From an uncultured delta proteobacterium (GTDB taxonomy: Bacteria > Desulfobacterota > Desulfuromonadia > Desulfuromonadales > JACZKF01), in contig CAWFKQ010000007.1 of NCBI GenBank assembly GCA_963816395.1, positions 1 to 64,000 on the forward strand: a DNA stretch of 64,000 bases, in the 5' to 3' direction. The notes under the pieces were generated by a model that was not told where the DNA came from, made no database searches, and worked only from the letters and a program-made list of their open reading frames with translations. Positions 21,484-30,026 of this stretch are shown in pieces; position 1 is the stretch's first letter, and the number at the start of each line of letters is the position of its first letter. Position numbers and translations under genes: made by a program.

Positions 21484-22377
21484 ATGCTGTTCGTCCAGAT
21501 CATCCTGCCGGTTTTTCTCATTGTCCTTGCCGGCTTCTCCCTGGAGAAGGCGGCCGCCCTCGATTTCCGCACCCTGACCTACAGCAGCCTCTATCTCTTC
21601 ACTCCCTGCCTGGTCTTCTCCGCCCTGATAAAACGCGGGGCCGGTTTCGAAATCGGCGGGCGGCTCACCCTTTTCATGCTTCTCTATACCGCTGCCCTTC
21701 TCGTCATCTCGATACTGGCCGGCCGTCTGCTGCGACTGGAGCGGGAGGCGCGCGGCGCGCTGCACCTGTCCACGGTCTTTATGAATTGCGGCAATTTCGG
21801 CCTGCCCCTGGCCTGGTTCGCCTTTGGTCAGGCCGGCCTCGACATCTCCATTCTCACCTTCGTTCTTTTCAATATCCCATTGAGCACTCTGGCCATCGTG
21901 ATCGCCCAGGGAAGCGAGGCCCGCTTCTCGGAAGCGGTGGCGAACATGCTGAAGATCCCCATCTTCCATGCCGTCGTCCTGGCCTTCCTGCTGAAAACCG
22001 CCGGGCTGGCCCTCCCGGAATTCCTCCTGCGCGCCATCGATCTGCTCGGCCAGGCCTCCATCCCGGTCATGCTGGTGCTGCTGGGGATGCAGCTCGCCCG
22101 CACCCGACTGCAGCGGGGTGCGGGATTTTTAGCGCTGTCTTCCGCCTTGCGCCTGGCGGTCGCTCCCCTGGTCGCCCTGGCCCTCGCCTGGCTGCTGGAG
22201 ATCAAGGGGGTCGCCCGCAATGTCGTCGTCCTGCAGACCAGTACCCCCGCGGCCGTCCTTCCCCTCCTCTATTCGCTTCGCTTCGGCACCCGCCCCGATC
22301 TGGTTGCCGGCGCCGTCTTCCTGACGACGCTGCTCAGCGCCCTTTCCCTGACCGTTCTGCTCTACTTCCTACAATAA
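21484..22377 (+). CDS. AEC (auxin efflux carrier) family transporter
   Basis: ILPVF, NCGNFGLP, P.ML..LG.QL, P.AV motifs; about 10 TM segments. Confidence 0.9.
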   Translation: MLFVQIILPVFLIVLAGFSLEKAAALDFRTLTYSSLYLFTPCLVFSALIKRGAGFEIGGRLTLFMLLYTAALLVISILAGRLLRLEREARGALHLSTVFMNCGNFGLPLAWFAFGQAGLDISILTFVLFNIPLSTLAIVIAQGSEARFSEAVANMLKIPIFHAVVLAFLLKTAGLALPEFLLRAIDLLGQASIPVMLVLLGMQLARTRLQRGAGFLALSSALRLAVAPLVALALAWLLEIKGVARNVVVLQTSTPAAVLPLLYSLRFGTRPDLVAGAVFLTTLLSALSLTVLLYFLQ

Positions 22378-22405
22378 GAAAAGGACGGAAATTTCCGCCC
22401 TTTTC
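22378..22405. terminator. Probable bidirectional terminator between convergent genes
   Basis: GAAAAGGACGGAA-AT-TTCCGCCCTTTTC hairpin. Confidence 0.6.
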
Positions 22406-22443
22406 CATCCTTTATTCAAGCTTTTTCTTGCTTTACGTGAACT

Positions 22444-22962
22444 CTATCCTTCATCCTGTTTCCCCAGCCGGGGCAGCACCTTTTCCAGCTCCCGCACCAG
22501 TTCCGTGAAATGGGTGCGGATATGGTAACTCTCAATTCCCAGGATGGTCATGCCGGCGGCAAAAACGGCCCAGAAATTATCCTCCATGGCGCCGGCGTAG
22601 TGGTAGAAAAAATAGAAACCGAGCAGGTAGCCGACATGCGACATGCCACCGTAGGCACCGGAGCCGGTCGCCATCCGGGCCAGGATGAGGATAATGGCGG
22701 AAAAACTGTAGACGATCAGGGCGGCGCTGATCAGCCCCACCGGGGGCGAAGCCCCCAGCAGGGCATGGAATCTGCCGGGGAGCGGCGGGAGAAAATCGAA
22801 GTCCCGCATCGCTCCGAGGCTGATCACCAGAAACAGGGCCAGCGCCCACAACCCCCGGTTCGCCCGGGCCTGGAGCCTACGGATTTTTCTCTGGGCCTCG
22901 CGGCCGAGGGGCTCCGGAACCGGCGTCTGCTCCTGGTGAAAAGTCTTTGGTGTCGGTACCAT
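22444..22962 (-). CDS. Membrane protein associated with the quinol oxidoreductase operon (paralog of 37058-37561)
   Basis: About 4 TM segments; shares Y..SA..LIL.R, H.G....FY.FY...GA.EDNF..VF.AG with the paralog. Confidence 0.75.
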   Translation of the reverse strand: MVPTPKTFHQEQTPVPEPLGREAQRKIRRLQARANRGLWALALFLVISLGAMRDFDFLPPLPGRFHALLGASPPVGLISAALIVYSFSAIILILARMATGSGAYGGMSHVGYLLGFYFFYHYAGAMEDNFWAVFAAGMTILGIESYHIRTHFTELVRELEKVLPRLGKQDEG

Positions 22963-23857
22963 AGGCCGCTTCCTGCCTGGCGATGGGGTCATCCGGCGGG
23001 CCTGGGGGGAAATCCTGCCGACCGGGGGCAGCCCCCGCATCGGCCGTCATGGTCCGAAGCCGGCCGACGGCCTCGTTATAGCGCAGCAGCAGCAGCCGGA
23101 AATTTCCCGCCAGCTGTTCGATCTCTCCGCCGATCTGCGGAAAGGTATCCTCAAGATTACCATTCACTGCCCGGTCGGTAAAGTCGGTCAAGACCCGGAT
23201 CGGCTTGAAAACACTTCGGCTCAGCAGTGCCGACACTCCGCCCACGGTCAGGATAAGCACCATCAGGCTGAACATGATCATTCGGCTGCCGAGCAGGGAC
23301 AGGGTCTTTTTCAGCGGCGCCTGGTCCAGGCCGATGTCGAGCGTACCGAGAACCTTCTGCTCTGCCGAATGGAAATGGCAGGCAGCCATGGAGCACGCCG
23401 GCTCATTATAGATGGGGGCGGTGATGGCCAGGACCTTCACCCGGTGCTCGTTGACGAAGGTCCTGGCCTTCTGCATGTCCGCCAGGGTGGCGGACGGGAC
23501 CGGTCCGGCATGGCAGCCGACACAGCCGGCGGAGGTCTTGTCGACGTAACGATTTACCTCCGTCGGGTCTTCGGAAAACATCACCAGTCCCTTCTTGTTG
23601 AAGATCCGTACGTGCACCACCCCGTTCTGCTCGCCGATATTGCCGATAATATTGCGCACCGTCTCCCGGTCCGTCCGCAGCATCGCATAGCGGGTCGATT
23701 TAATGATGGTATCGGCGAGGTTTGTCGAATGCTGTACGGCACTGCTGGTCATGTCCGCCTTGATCGCCGCATAGAGCAGGATGCAGCAGACCACTACGAA
23801 ACCGGTCACCGCAAACGCTACCGGGACAATGGCTCTGGCACAGATGCTTCTGAACAT
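22877..23857 (-). CDS. Heme c periplasmic sensor with HAMP domain and no output domain
   Basis: TM, periplasmic CVGCH and CSMAACH, TM, HAMP-like segment; similar to the N-terminus of the kinase at 51950. Confidence 0.8.
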   Translation of the reverse strand: MFRSICARAIVPVAFAVTGFVVVCCILLYAAIKADMTSSAVQHSTNLADTIIKSTRYAMLRTDRETVRNIIGNIGEQNGVVHVRIFNKKGLVMFSEDPTEVNRYVDKTSAGCVGCHAGPVPSATLADMQKARTFVNEHRVKVLAITAPIYNEPACSMAACHFHSAEQKVLGTLDIGLDQAPLKKTLSLLGSRMIMFSLMVLILTVGGVSALLSRSVFKPIRVLTDFTDRAVNGNLEDTFPQIGGEIEQLAGNFRLLLLRYNEAVGRLRTMTADAGAAPGRQDFPPGPPDDPIARQEAAYGTDTKDFSPGADAGSGAPRPRGPEKNP

Positions 23858-23928
23858 AACCGCCCCCTTGCCTGTTGCGAAAAGTTAGGACCACCGCATT
23901 CCGGCTCAGGCGCCGGTTTCCTGCGGGT

Positions 23929-26211
23929 TTAACGGTCCGAGCTCCGGTACATCTCAACCACTGCGGGAGCCCTCCCCGCGTACTTGACTTCCTCGGCCAC
24001 CGGCACTTCGGCCATGGCCTCTTTTTCCTTCCATGCATAGAGGATGGGCAACCGATAGAGAATGAACCGGTAGGCCACCACATAGATCGCGAAGATGGTC
24101 ACGCAGATGACGACTTCCTTCCAGTGCGGGATCTCCTGGTACAGCTTCCAGTTGAAGGCGATCATTGCGGTATTGATCCGGTTCAGGGCAACTCCGAAGA
24201 TGGTCAGGAAGGCCGAGAAGCGCACCAGCCCGACCAGACGATGGCGGATACCGTAGGCGAACAGCGACAGCGGCAGCACCACCCCGATGAAAATCTCCAG
24301 CAGGAACCAGTACCCCCAGCCGGTCGCCAGATAGGCCCACTCGTTATCGTGCGCCACCCCGATCAACTTGATGGCGAGGTAGGTGATCAGCCCCATGCTC
24401 GCCCCCTTGGCGAGAGCGAGGGTCAGCTTGTCGAGGTTGTCGCGGAAGCTGTCGTCGCAGCGCCAGGACATGGTTTTCTTCACCACCGTGCTGACGGCAA
24501 TGACCATGCAGAGGCCGGCGGGGATGGACGAGCAGAAGAAATGGATCCACTGGAAGGAGGCCGAGTACCACAGGGGATGGACTTTCCCCGGGGCATAGGT
24601 GAAAAGGGCCCCGAGCGCTCCCTGGTGGAGAGTGGACAGGATGATCCCGGACACGGTCAGGCCGACGGCGATCTTACGGATGAACTGCCGCCCCAGGGGC
24701 CAGCCGATCCACTCGAAGAACGACGCCGAGACCTCGGCCAACTGTACCGACAGGTAGGTCGCGACATGCCAGGCGACCAGGAACAGAACGGCGGCGGTAC
24801 CGAAGGAGACCACCATCGGATACGGCAGCCGCCAGGGTTGCCCGAGGTCGACCAGCAGGTAGACGACGGCGAAGAAATAGCCCAGCAGCCCGTTCAGAAG
24901 AGCCAGCCTTTCGATCGGCTGGAAATCGTGACGGCCGAAGATCTCCACCGTCGTACCGAGCATGAAACCGGAGGCCGACAGCGGCACCATGGTGAACAGG
25001 CCGAAGGCGAGGAACAGACCCCAGGGGTAATCGTTGGAACTGTGGGTGACAAAACTCAGGCCGAAGAGGAAGCGGCCGGCGATCAGCGGCAGCCCGATGG
25101 CGAAGATCACCCCGAGCAGCCAGTTGAACGGGTTGCGCACGGCCTGGAGCAGATACTGGCGCAGCGTCAGACCGAGCAGCAGCTTCTCCTTCAGGTTCCA
25201 TTTTTCCTTCCCCTCGGCCTTGAAGGGGGAGTCAACTATGGGAATTCCCTGCTTGGCGTAAGTTTTCATCTTCTCGGCGTCCTCCTGCGAAGCGTGGGAA
25301 GAATGATCGTCGTCATGATGCTCTTGCTTCTTGGCGAGAAGATGGAAACCGGTAAACAATGCGGGCCAAATGGCCAGGACCATCGGCACGGTGCCGAGAA
25401 AATCCTTGACGTTGGAAATGATCGGCTCCTTGCCCAGCGTGTTATCGAAACCCACCTGGTCGAAGGGGACGCTGGAGAGATACATCCAGCCGGTGCCGCC
25501 GACTTCGTTCTCGCCGTAGATATGGTCGACGTATTTGTCCGGCCGCGCCTTGATGCGGTCATGGCCGATCTTGATCAGCTCTTTCCGGTGGCCGAAGGTC
25601 ATGACCTGCTGCGGACAGCTTTCCACGCAGGCCGGCGGTTTGCCATACTTCAGCCGGGTGTCGTAGCAGAAGATGCATTTCCTGATGACCGGATCGAAGG
25701 CGCTGGAATAGCGGTACGCCGGGACGCCGAACGGGCAGGCGATCATGCAGTTGCGACAGCCGACGCAGACCTTGGAGTTGTAAACGACGGCGCCTTCCTT
25801 GGTCTTGGTATACGCGCTGACGAAACAGGAGGTCAGACAGGCCGGCTCGTTGCAGTGGTTGCACTGGACCTTGCGGTAGACGGGTCCAGCGGCGCCGGGC
25901 GGATCGTACCGGTTGACCACCGTATAGGCATTTTCATCGGGGCGGCGCTTCTGGCCTTCATGCCCGACCTGGTCGAAGACCGACTGGTCGTCGAACGGCA
26001 CCGTCGGAGCCGGCAGATTCTGCTCTTTATTGCAGGCGGCCTCGCAGCTGCGGCAGCCGACGCAGCGGGTCAGGTCCACCAGCACGCCCATCCCCTCGGG
26101 ATATCCCTCGAACGTCCCTGACCCGAAAGCCTTCTTGGTCATGGTCAGGGTGGTCGCCGCGCCCCCGGCCAGACTTGCCGCCAGAAATCTCCTTCGACTG
26201 ATTCCTTTCAT
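23929..26211 (-). CDS. Tat-exported 4Fe-4S protein (HmcB/HybA/CbcT-like) in frame with NrfD-family membrane subunit (HmcC/HybB/CbcU-like)
   Basis: SRRRFL Tat motif; CVGCRSC..AC, CNHC..PAC...C, CVGCRNC..ACP, KCIFC; DLGQPWR and LSTLHQGALG in the NrfD half; internal RBS+ATG at 25269. Confidence 0.9.
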   Translation of the reverse strand: MKGISRRRFLAASLAGGAATTLTMTKKAFGSGTFEGYPEGMGVLVDLTRCVGCRSCEAACNKEQNLPAPTVPFDDQSVFDQVGHEGQKRRPDENAYTVVNRYDPPGAAGPVYRKVQCNHCNEPACLTSCFVSAYTKTKEGAVVYNSKVCVGCRNCMIACPFGVPAYRYSSAFDPVIRKCIFCYDTRLKYGKPPACVESCPQQVMTFGHRKELIKIGHDRIKARPDKYVDHIYGENEVGGTGWMYLSSVPFDQVGFDNTLGKEPIISNVKDFLGTVPMVLAIWPALFTGFHLLAKKQEHHDDDHSSHASQEDAEKMKTYAKQGIPIVDSPFKAEGKEKWNLKEKLLLGLTLRQYLLQAVRNPFNWLLGVIFAIGLPLIAGRFLFGLSFVTHSSNDYPWGLFLAFGLFTMVPLSASGFMLGTTVEIFGRHDFQPIERLALLNGLLGYFFAVVYLLVDLGQPWRLPYPMVVSFGTAAVLFLVAWHVATYLSVQLAEVSASFFEWIGWPLGRQFIRKIAVGLTVSGIILSTLHQGALGALFTYAPGKVHPLWYSASFQWIHFFCSSIPAGLCMVIAVSTVVKKTMSWRCDDSFRDNLDKLTLALAKGASMGLITYLAIKLIGVAHDNEWAYLATGWGYWFLLEIFIGVVLPLSLFAYGIRHRLVGLVRFSAFLTIFGVALNRINTAMIAFNWKLYQEIPHWKEVVICVTIFAIYVVAYRFILYRLPILYAWKEKEAMAEVPVAEEVKYAGRAPAVVEMYRSSDR

Positions 26212-26270
26212 ATTGGCCTCTCCTCGTGGTTTCTAGCCCGCATCGAATTCATCCGCTGTCACGGCGCAGG

Positions 26271-26792
26271 TCAATGATGACCGGCCGCCGCTGCACCCTG
26301 CTTCGCCTGGGCGTCGGCATGGAAGAAAGCGTCTCCCGCTGCCGTCCGCGCGTGGCAATCCTGACAGCCGGTGGGGCCGCCCGATTCCTGGTGGCAGCCG
26401 AGACAGTTAAGATGGTAGGCGGCTTTCAGCCCCGGCTTATCCCGGTGATAGCGCTTGACATCCGCCTCTTTCTCCCGCAGATACCCGGCCGAAAACGGTT
26501 CGGCGGCATGGCATTGCCGGCAGGACGCTTTCGTGGATGGTTTGGCGCCCTGGTGGCAGGGCCCGCAGTTATCGTCGCGCATCGGGGTGCCGGTCGTCTG
26601 GTGGTGGCAGACGGAGCAGTCTCCCGCCAGGTCGATATGCATGGCGTGCTCGAAGCTGACCCCCTCGTAGAGATTAGCCAGGGAATTGATCTCGATGGTC
26701 TGGGGGACCTCCTGCGCGCTGGCCGGCAGTGCCGGCAGCAGCAGCATGGCCATAGCCGAAATTCCTATCAGGCATTTCCAGGTCGTGTCCAT
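26271..26792 (-). CDS. Periplasmic c3-type multiheme cytochrome c (5 CxxCH)
   Basis: Signal peptide; CSVCH, CGPCH, CRQCH, CLGCH, CQDCH; GLKAAYH. Confidence 0.93.
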   Translation of the reverse strand: MDTTWKCLIGISAMAMLLLPALPASAQEVPQTIEINSLANLYEGVSFEHAMHIDLAGDCSVCHHQTTGTPMRDDNCGPCHQGAKPSTKASCRQCHAAEPFSAGYLREKEADVKRYHRDKPGLKAAYHLNCLGCHQESGGPTGCQDCHARTAAGDAFFHADAQAKQGAAAAGHH

Positions 26793-26855
26793 ATCCTCTT
26801 TCTCTCCTTTGTGCCGGTTTTTCGGTCGGAAGGCCCCTCGCCCGCTTCCTCGGCG

Positions 26856-27035
26856 CTATTTCGACGATTTTTCGGCCGGCGCATTGATGTATTTGAAAAA
26901 TCTTACAAAGGCGATAAAGAAAGCTCCGCAGATGAGGTATTCGACCCCTTTGATGTACTGGTAGAAGTCGACCAGCGTATATACTTGCCTCATTTCGCCT
27001 ACCGACTGGAAAAACTGGATCAGCAACTCTTTCAT
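26856..27035 (-). CDS. 59-aa single-TM protein, HmcD-like (absent from the ORF track)
   Basis: Manual translation MKELLIQFFQSVGEMRQVYTLVDFYQYIKGVEYLICGAFFIAFVRFFKYINAPAEKSSK*; RBS AGGAGG. Confidence 0.78.
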   Translation of the reverse strand: MKELLIQFFQSVGEMRQVYTLVDFYQYIKGVEYLICGAFFIAFVRFFKYINAPAEKSSK

Positions 27036-27054
27036 CGGCTCTCTCCTCCTTCAG

Positions 27055-27300
27055 TTATTTTTTGCTCGTTTCCGAATGGATGAGCTTACCCTTCACCAGA
27101 TTGGTGACCAGCCCTCTGATCATCCCCAGCAGCAGCAGGATTGCCGGGATCATCTGGAAGAGGACCACCAGGGCACAGATGCCGATAAAAACCAGGATCA
27201 GGATGCCGCTGCTGTAAACCTTGGCCGTGTCCACCGCCATGGCCGGGGCGGCAATCAGGAGCAGTCCGAAAGCCGTCAACACCGAATTAATCCTTTTCAT
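27055..27300 (-). CDS. Small membrane protein (FxGxxALxxxxQxxP family)
   Basis: Signal-like N-terminus plus TM FIGICALVVLFQMIP; RBS AAAGGAG. Confidence 0.8.
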   Translation of the reverse strand: MKRINSVLTAFGLLLIAAPAMAVDTAKVYSSGILILVFIGICALVVLFQMIPAILLLLGMIRGLVTNLVKGKLIHSETSKK

Positions 27301-27751
27301 GTCCTTCTCCTTTCGCTGATAAGCCGTGAATTTCACATGCCCCGCCTTTCATTGCCGAAGCCTCTCTCGCCCCCCTCTGCGCCAGGTTCTCGAACGCGCA
27401 TTGCACGGCCAGACGAATTTCCTCCCGATCTTCCGGTTTCAACGGTTTGAGCGCATGGTAAAAGATGCCTTCCTTTCTCAGTCTGCGGATCAGCAGAGGT
27501 GAAACGTTATCGGAAACCAGAATGATGGTTATATTGCGGTTGCACTTTTTCAACAACGGAATCAAATCACTGGCCGTCAATTCATCGAACTCATCGCTCA
27601 GCAATAGAACCTGCGCCGTTTTCTTCAGTATTCCATTGATAACATTGGCAGCAGATGTCGAAACCATCACATCATATCCAGCTTCGATAAAAATATCTGC
27701 CATCTGCTTTCTGCTGTTGATATCCTCGTCGGCGATAAGAAGTCCTAACAT
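27287..27751 (-). CDS. Stand-alone atypical receiver-domain protein
   Basis: LLIADED and ALKP receiver pattern; Ser at the expected phospho-Asp position; paralog of 34317-34718. Confidence 0.82.
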   Translation of the reverse strand: MLGLLIADEDINSRKQMADIFIEAGYDVMVSTSAANVINGILKKTAQVLLLSDEFDELTASDLIPLLKKCNRNITIILVSDNVSPLLIRRLRKEGIFYHALKPLKPEDREEIRLAVQCAFENLAQRGAREASAMKGGACEIHGLSAKGEGHEKD

Positions 27752-27794
27752 GACTTGACACCTTTCTATTCATGGGAACTTCTTTTGACGATGA

Positions 27795-28052
27795 TCATGG
27801 TTTAGTCTTCCGTTCCTGGACTGCTTCAACCAAGGTCGGCGGTTTCCTGGCCGACCGGGAGAAAACTTCCTTGATCATTGAAACGAACAGAATGAGACCG
27901 GGAATCATCTGAAATGCAATGATCAGGGCACCGAAACCGAGAAATATGAAAACCATCAACCTGCCATCACCGCCTCCGCTTCCGCTGCTGGCAAATGCCA
28001 CCGAACTGCTGCACAACAGGCCGGCCAATACCAAATTCCTGATGCGTTTCAT
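27795..28052 (-). CDS. Small membrane protein (FxGxxALxxxxQxxP family)
   Basis: FLGFGALIIAFQMIP; RBS AGGAGG before ATG 28052. Confidence 0.8.
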   Translation of the reverse strand: MKRIRNLVLAGLLCSSSVAFASSGSGGGDGRLMVFIFLGFGALIIAFQMIPGLILFVSMIKEVFSRSARKPPTLVEAVQERKTKP

Positions 28053-28102
28053 GGCCTTTCCTCCTTCCGCAAGTGCTGCTGTGGGCTTCTGCCCTTCAGG
28101 AT

Positions 28103-28118
28103 TGCACCGCTCGTGCCG
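28103..28118 (-). promoter_or_regulatory. sigma54 promoter of the Hmc/Cbc-like operon
   Basis: Minus strand CGGCACGAGCGGTGCA (GG-N10-GC), about 50 nt before the first ATG; adjacent to an enhancer-binding protein gene. Confidence 0.72.
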
Positions 28119-28503
28119 TGATTTAAAATTTTTAACTTTTAAATGCAAGTGATTGAATTATCAGAGAGATTTTTATCGGATTCCCGCAGGTCACAAGAGG
28201 CAAGGGAAAGGCAACCGTATAAACCGGATATATAGGTGCGGCCGAACTCCGGGGGACGGCAATGTACGGGATTCGTCGTAAGCTACTGAAATTCAGCTGT
28301 TCAGACCAGTCAGGGAGGGGTGTACAGGAGGGCTATACAGGTGACTAAACCCTTTTATACTGAAGTTCCAGGGAGACCCATTACACTTGACGGCTAATGG
28401 ACTGATGTACGATAATTAATTAATTTTTAGTTAAAAAGGACTGCGGGCGGACAGCCACCTCAACTTGCAAGTACCCTGCTGCTGGATCAGGAGAGTTTGG
28501 AGA

Positions 28504-29943
28504 ATGGAAAAGAAAGAGATGCTGATCATCGATGACGATGCGGTGATCCGGGAAGGCCTGCGGCGCATTTTCACCGACCAGGGATATGCAGTAGAAATCT
28601 TCGACAGCGGCTTTCCCGCCATCGAAAAAATGCAGCAGAAGGAATTCGACCTGGTCATTACCGACCTGAAGATGCCGGGAATGAATGGCATCGAGGTGCT
28701 GAGAAAGATCAAGGTGCTGCAACCGGAAGTGCCCATTCTCATCATCACCGGCTATTCCACCGTGGAGACCGCCGTCGAGGCAATGAAGAACGGCGCCATC
28801 GATTATATCGCCAAACCTTTCACCCCGGAGGCCATCTGCGAAAAGGTCCAGAAGGCCCTGGAGCAAAAAACGGTGCTTCTCGACGATATTTATCTGCGCA
28901 AGGAACTGAAGGATCACCATGGTTTCGATGCCTTCATCGGCGAGAGCCGGGAAATGCAGAAAGTCTACCGGCGGATCCTGCAGGTAGCCCCGACGGACAG
29001 CACGGTGCTGATTACCGGCGAAAGCGGCACCGGCAAGGAATTTGCGGCGCGCGCTATCCACAGCAACAGTCCGCGCCGGGAGGGACCTTTTGTCGCCGTG
29101 GACTGTACCGCCCTGGCCGAGAATCTCCTGGAGAGTGAACTCTTCGGGCACGTCAAAGGGTCTTTCACCGGCGCCATTCAGACCAAGGCTGGATTGTTCA
29201 AGGTGACCGACGGCGGCACTCTTTTTCTCGACGAAGTGGCGAACATCAGCCTGACCACCCAGGCCAAGCTGCTGCGCGTACTGCAGGAGCGGGAAATCAC
29301 ACCGATTGGCAGCACGCAACCGGTGCCGATCAATATCCGGCTGGTGGCCGCCACCAACCGCAGCCTGCGGGACCTGGTGGCCGCCAACCAATTCCGTGAC
29401 GACCTTTTCTTCCGCCTGAACATCATTCCGGTCGATCTCCCTCCCCTGCGGGAGAGGAATGGCGACCTGCGGCTGCTCATCGGCCATTTCATAAGGAAGT
29501 TCGCCGAGGAGATCGGCAGGGAAATCAAGGGCCTGGCGCCGGACGCTCTCGATCTGCTGGAATCGTACCCATTCCCGGGGAATGTCCGGGAGCTGGAGAA
29601 CATCATCGAGCGGGCCGTAGTCCTGGCCGAGGGCGATCTTATCGAGGTGCAGAATCTGGAGCTGCAGCTGCCGGAGCGGCCCAACGGACCACCCGCCGAA
29701 AACGTTCCGCAGAACGCCAATGAATTAAAAGAGCGAAAACGGCTGCTGCGGGAGAAATCGGTCGATTCCATCGAAAAGGCCTTCGTCCTGAACGCCCTGA
29801 AGCGCAACGGCTGGAACATCACCAAGGCGGCGGAGGAAGTGGGGATGCTGCGCCCCAACTTTCATGCGCTGCTGAAAAAGCAGGGGATATTCAGGGACAG
29901 AGCCCAGTTCACTCAGGATCCGGCCGGTTCGGAAGAAAATTGA
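28504..29943 (+). CDS. sigma54-dependent response regulator (NtrC family)
   Basis: REC (DLKMP), [28 protein letters not shown]-terminal HTH. Confidence 0.95.
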   Translation: MEKKEMLIIDDDAVIREGLRRIFTDQGYAVEIFDSGFPAIEKMQQKEFDLVITDLKMPGMNGIEVLRKIKVLQPEVPILIITGYSTVETAVEAMKNGAIDYIAKPFTPEAICEKVQKALEQKTVLLDDIYLRKELKDHHGFDAFIGESREMQKVYRRILQVAPTDSTVLITGESGTGKEFAARAIHSNSPRREGPFVAVDCTALAENLLESELFGHVKGSFTGAIQTKAGLFKVTDGGTLFLDEVANISLTTQAKLLRVLQEREITPIGSTQPVPINIRLVAATNRSLRDLVAANQFRDDLFFRLNIIPVDLPPLRERNGDLRLLIGHFIRKFAEEIGREIKGLAPDALDLLESYPFPGNVRELENIIERAVVLAEGDLIEVQNLELQLPERPNGPPAENVPQNANELKERKRLLREKSVDSIEKAFVLNALKRNGWNITKAAEEVGMLRPNFHALLKKQGIFRDRAQFTQDPAGSEEN

Positions 29944-29958
29944 GCCGCCTCGCCCCGT

Positions 29959-29974
29959 CGGCATTCCGGTTGCC
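29959..29974 (+). promoter_or_regulatory. Candidate sigma54 promoter of the hybrid kinase
   Basis: CGGCATTCCGGTTGCC (GG-N10-GC). Confidence 0.55.
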
Positions 29975-30026
29975 AGCAGATAAGACACACAACCCGTGAG
30001 AAGATAAGCCCCGTACAAGGACGGCA

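Noticed and set aside
21361..21969. N-terminal 200 aa of the 308-aa ORF 21043-21969
   Set aside because: Antisense to the AEC transporter; only 21043-21360 looks like a real gene.
23875..26121. 748-aa plus-strand ORF
   Set aside because: Antisense shadow of the FeS/NrfD gene.
23929..26792. Hydrogenase-2 (hyb) operon
   Set aside because: HybA/HybB-like domains are present but no NiFe large or small subunit or maturation genes are nearby.
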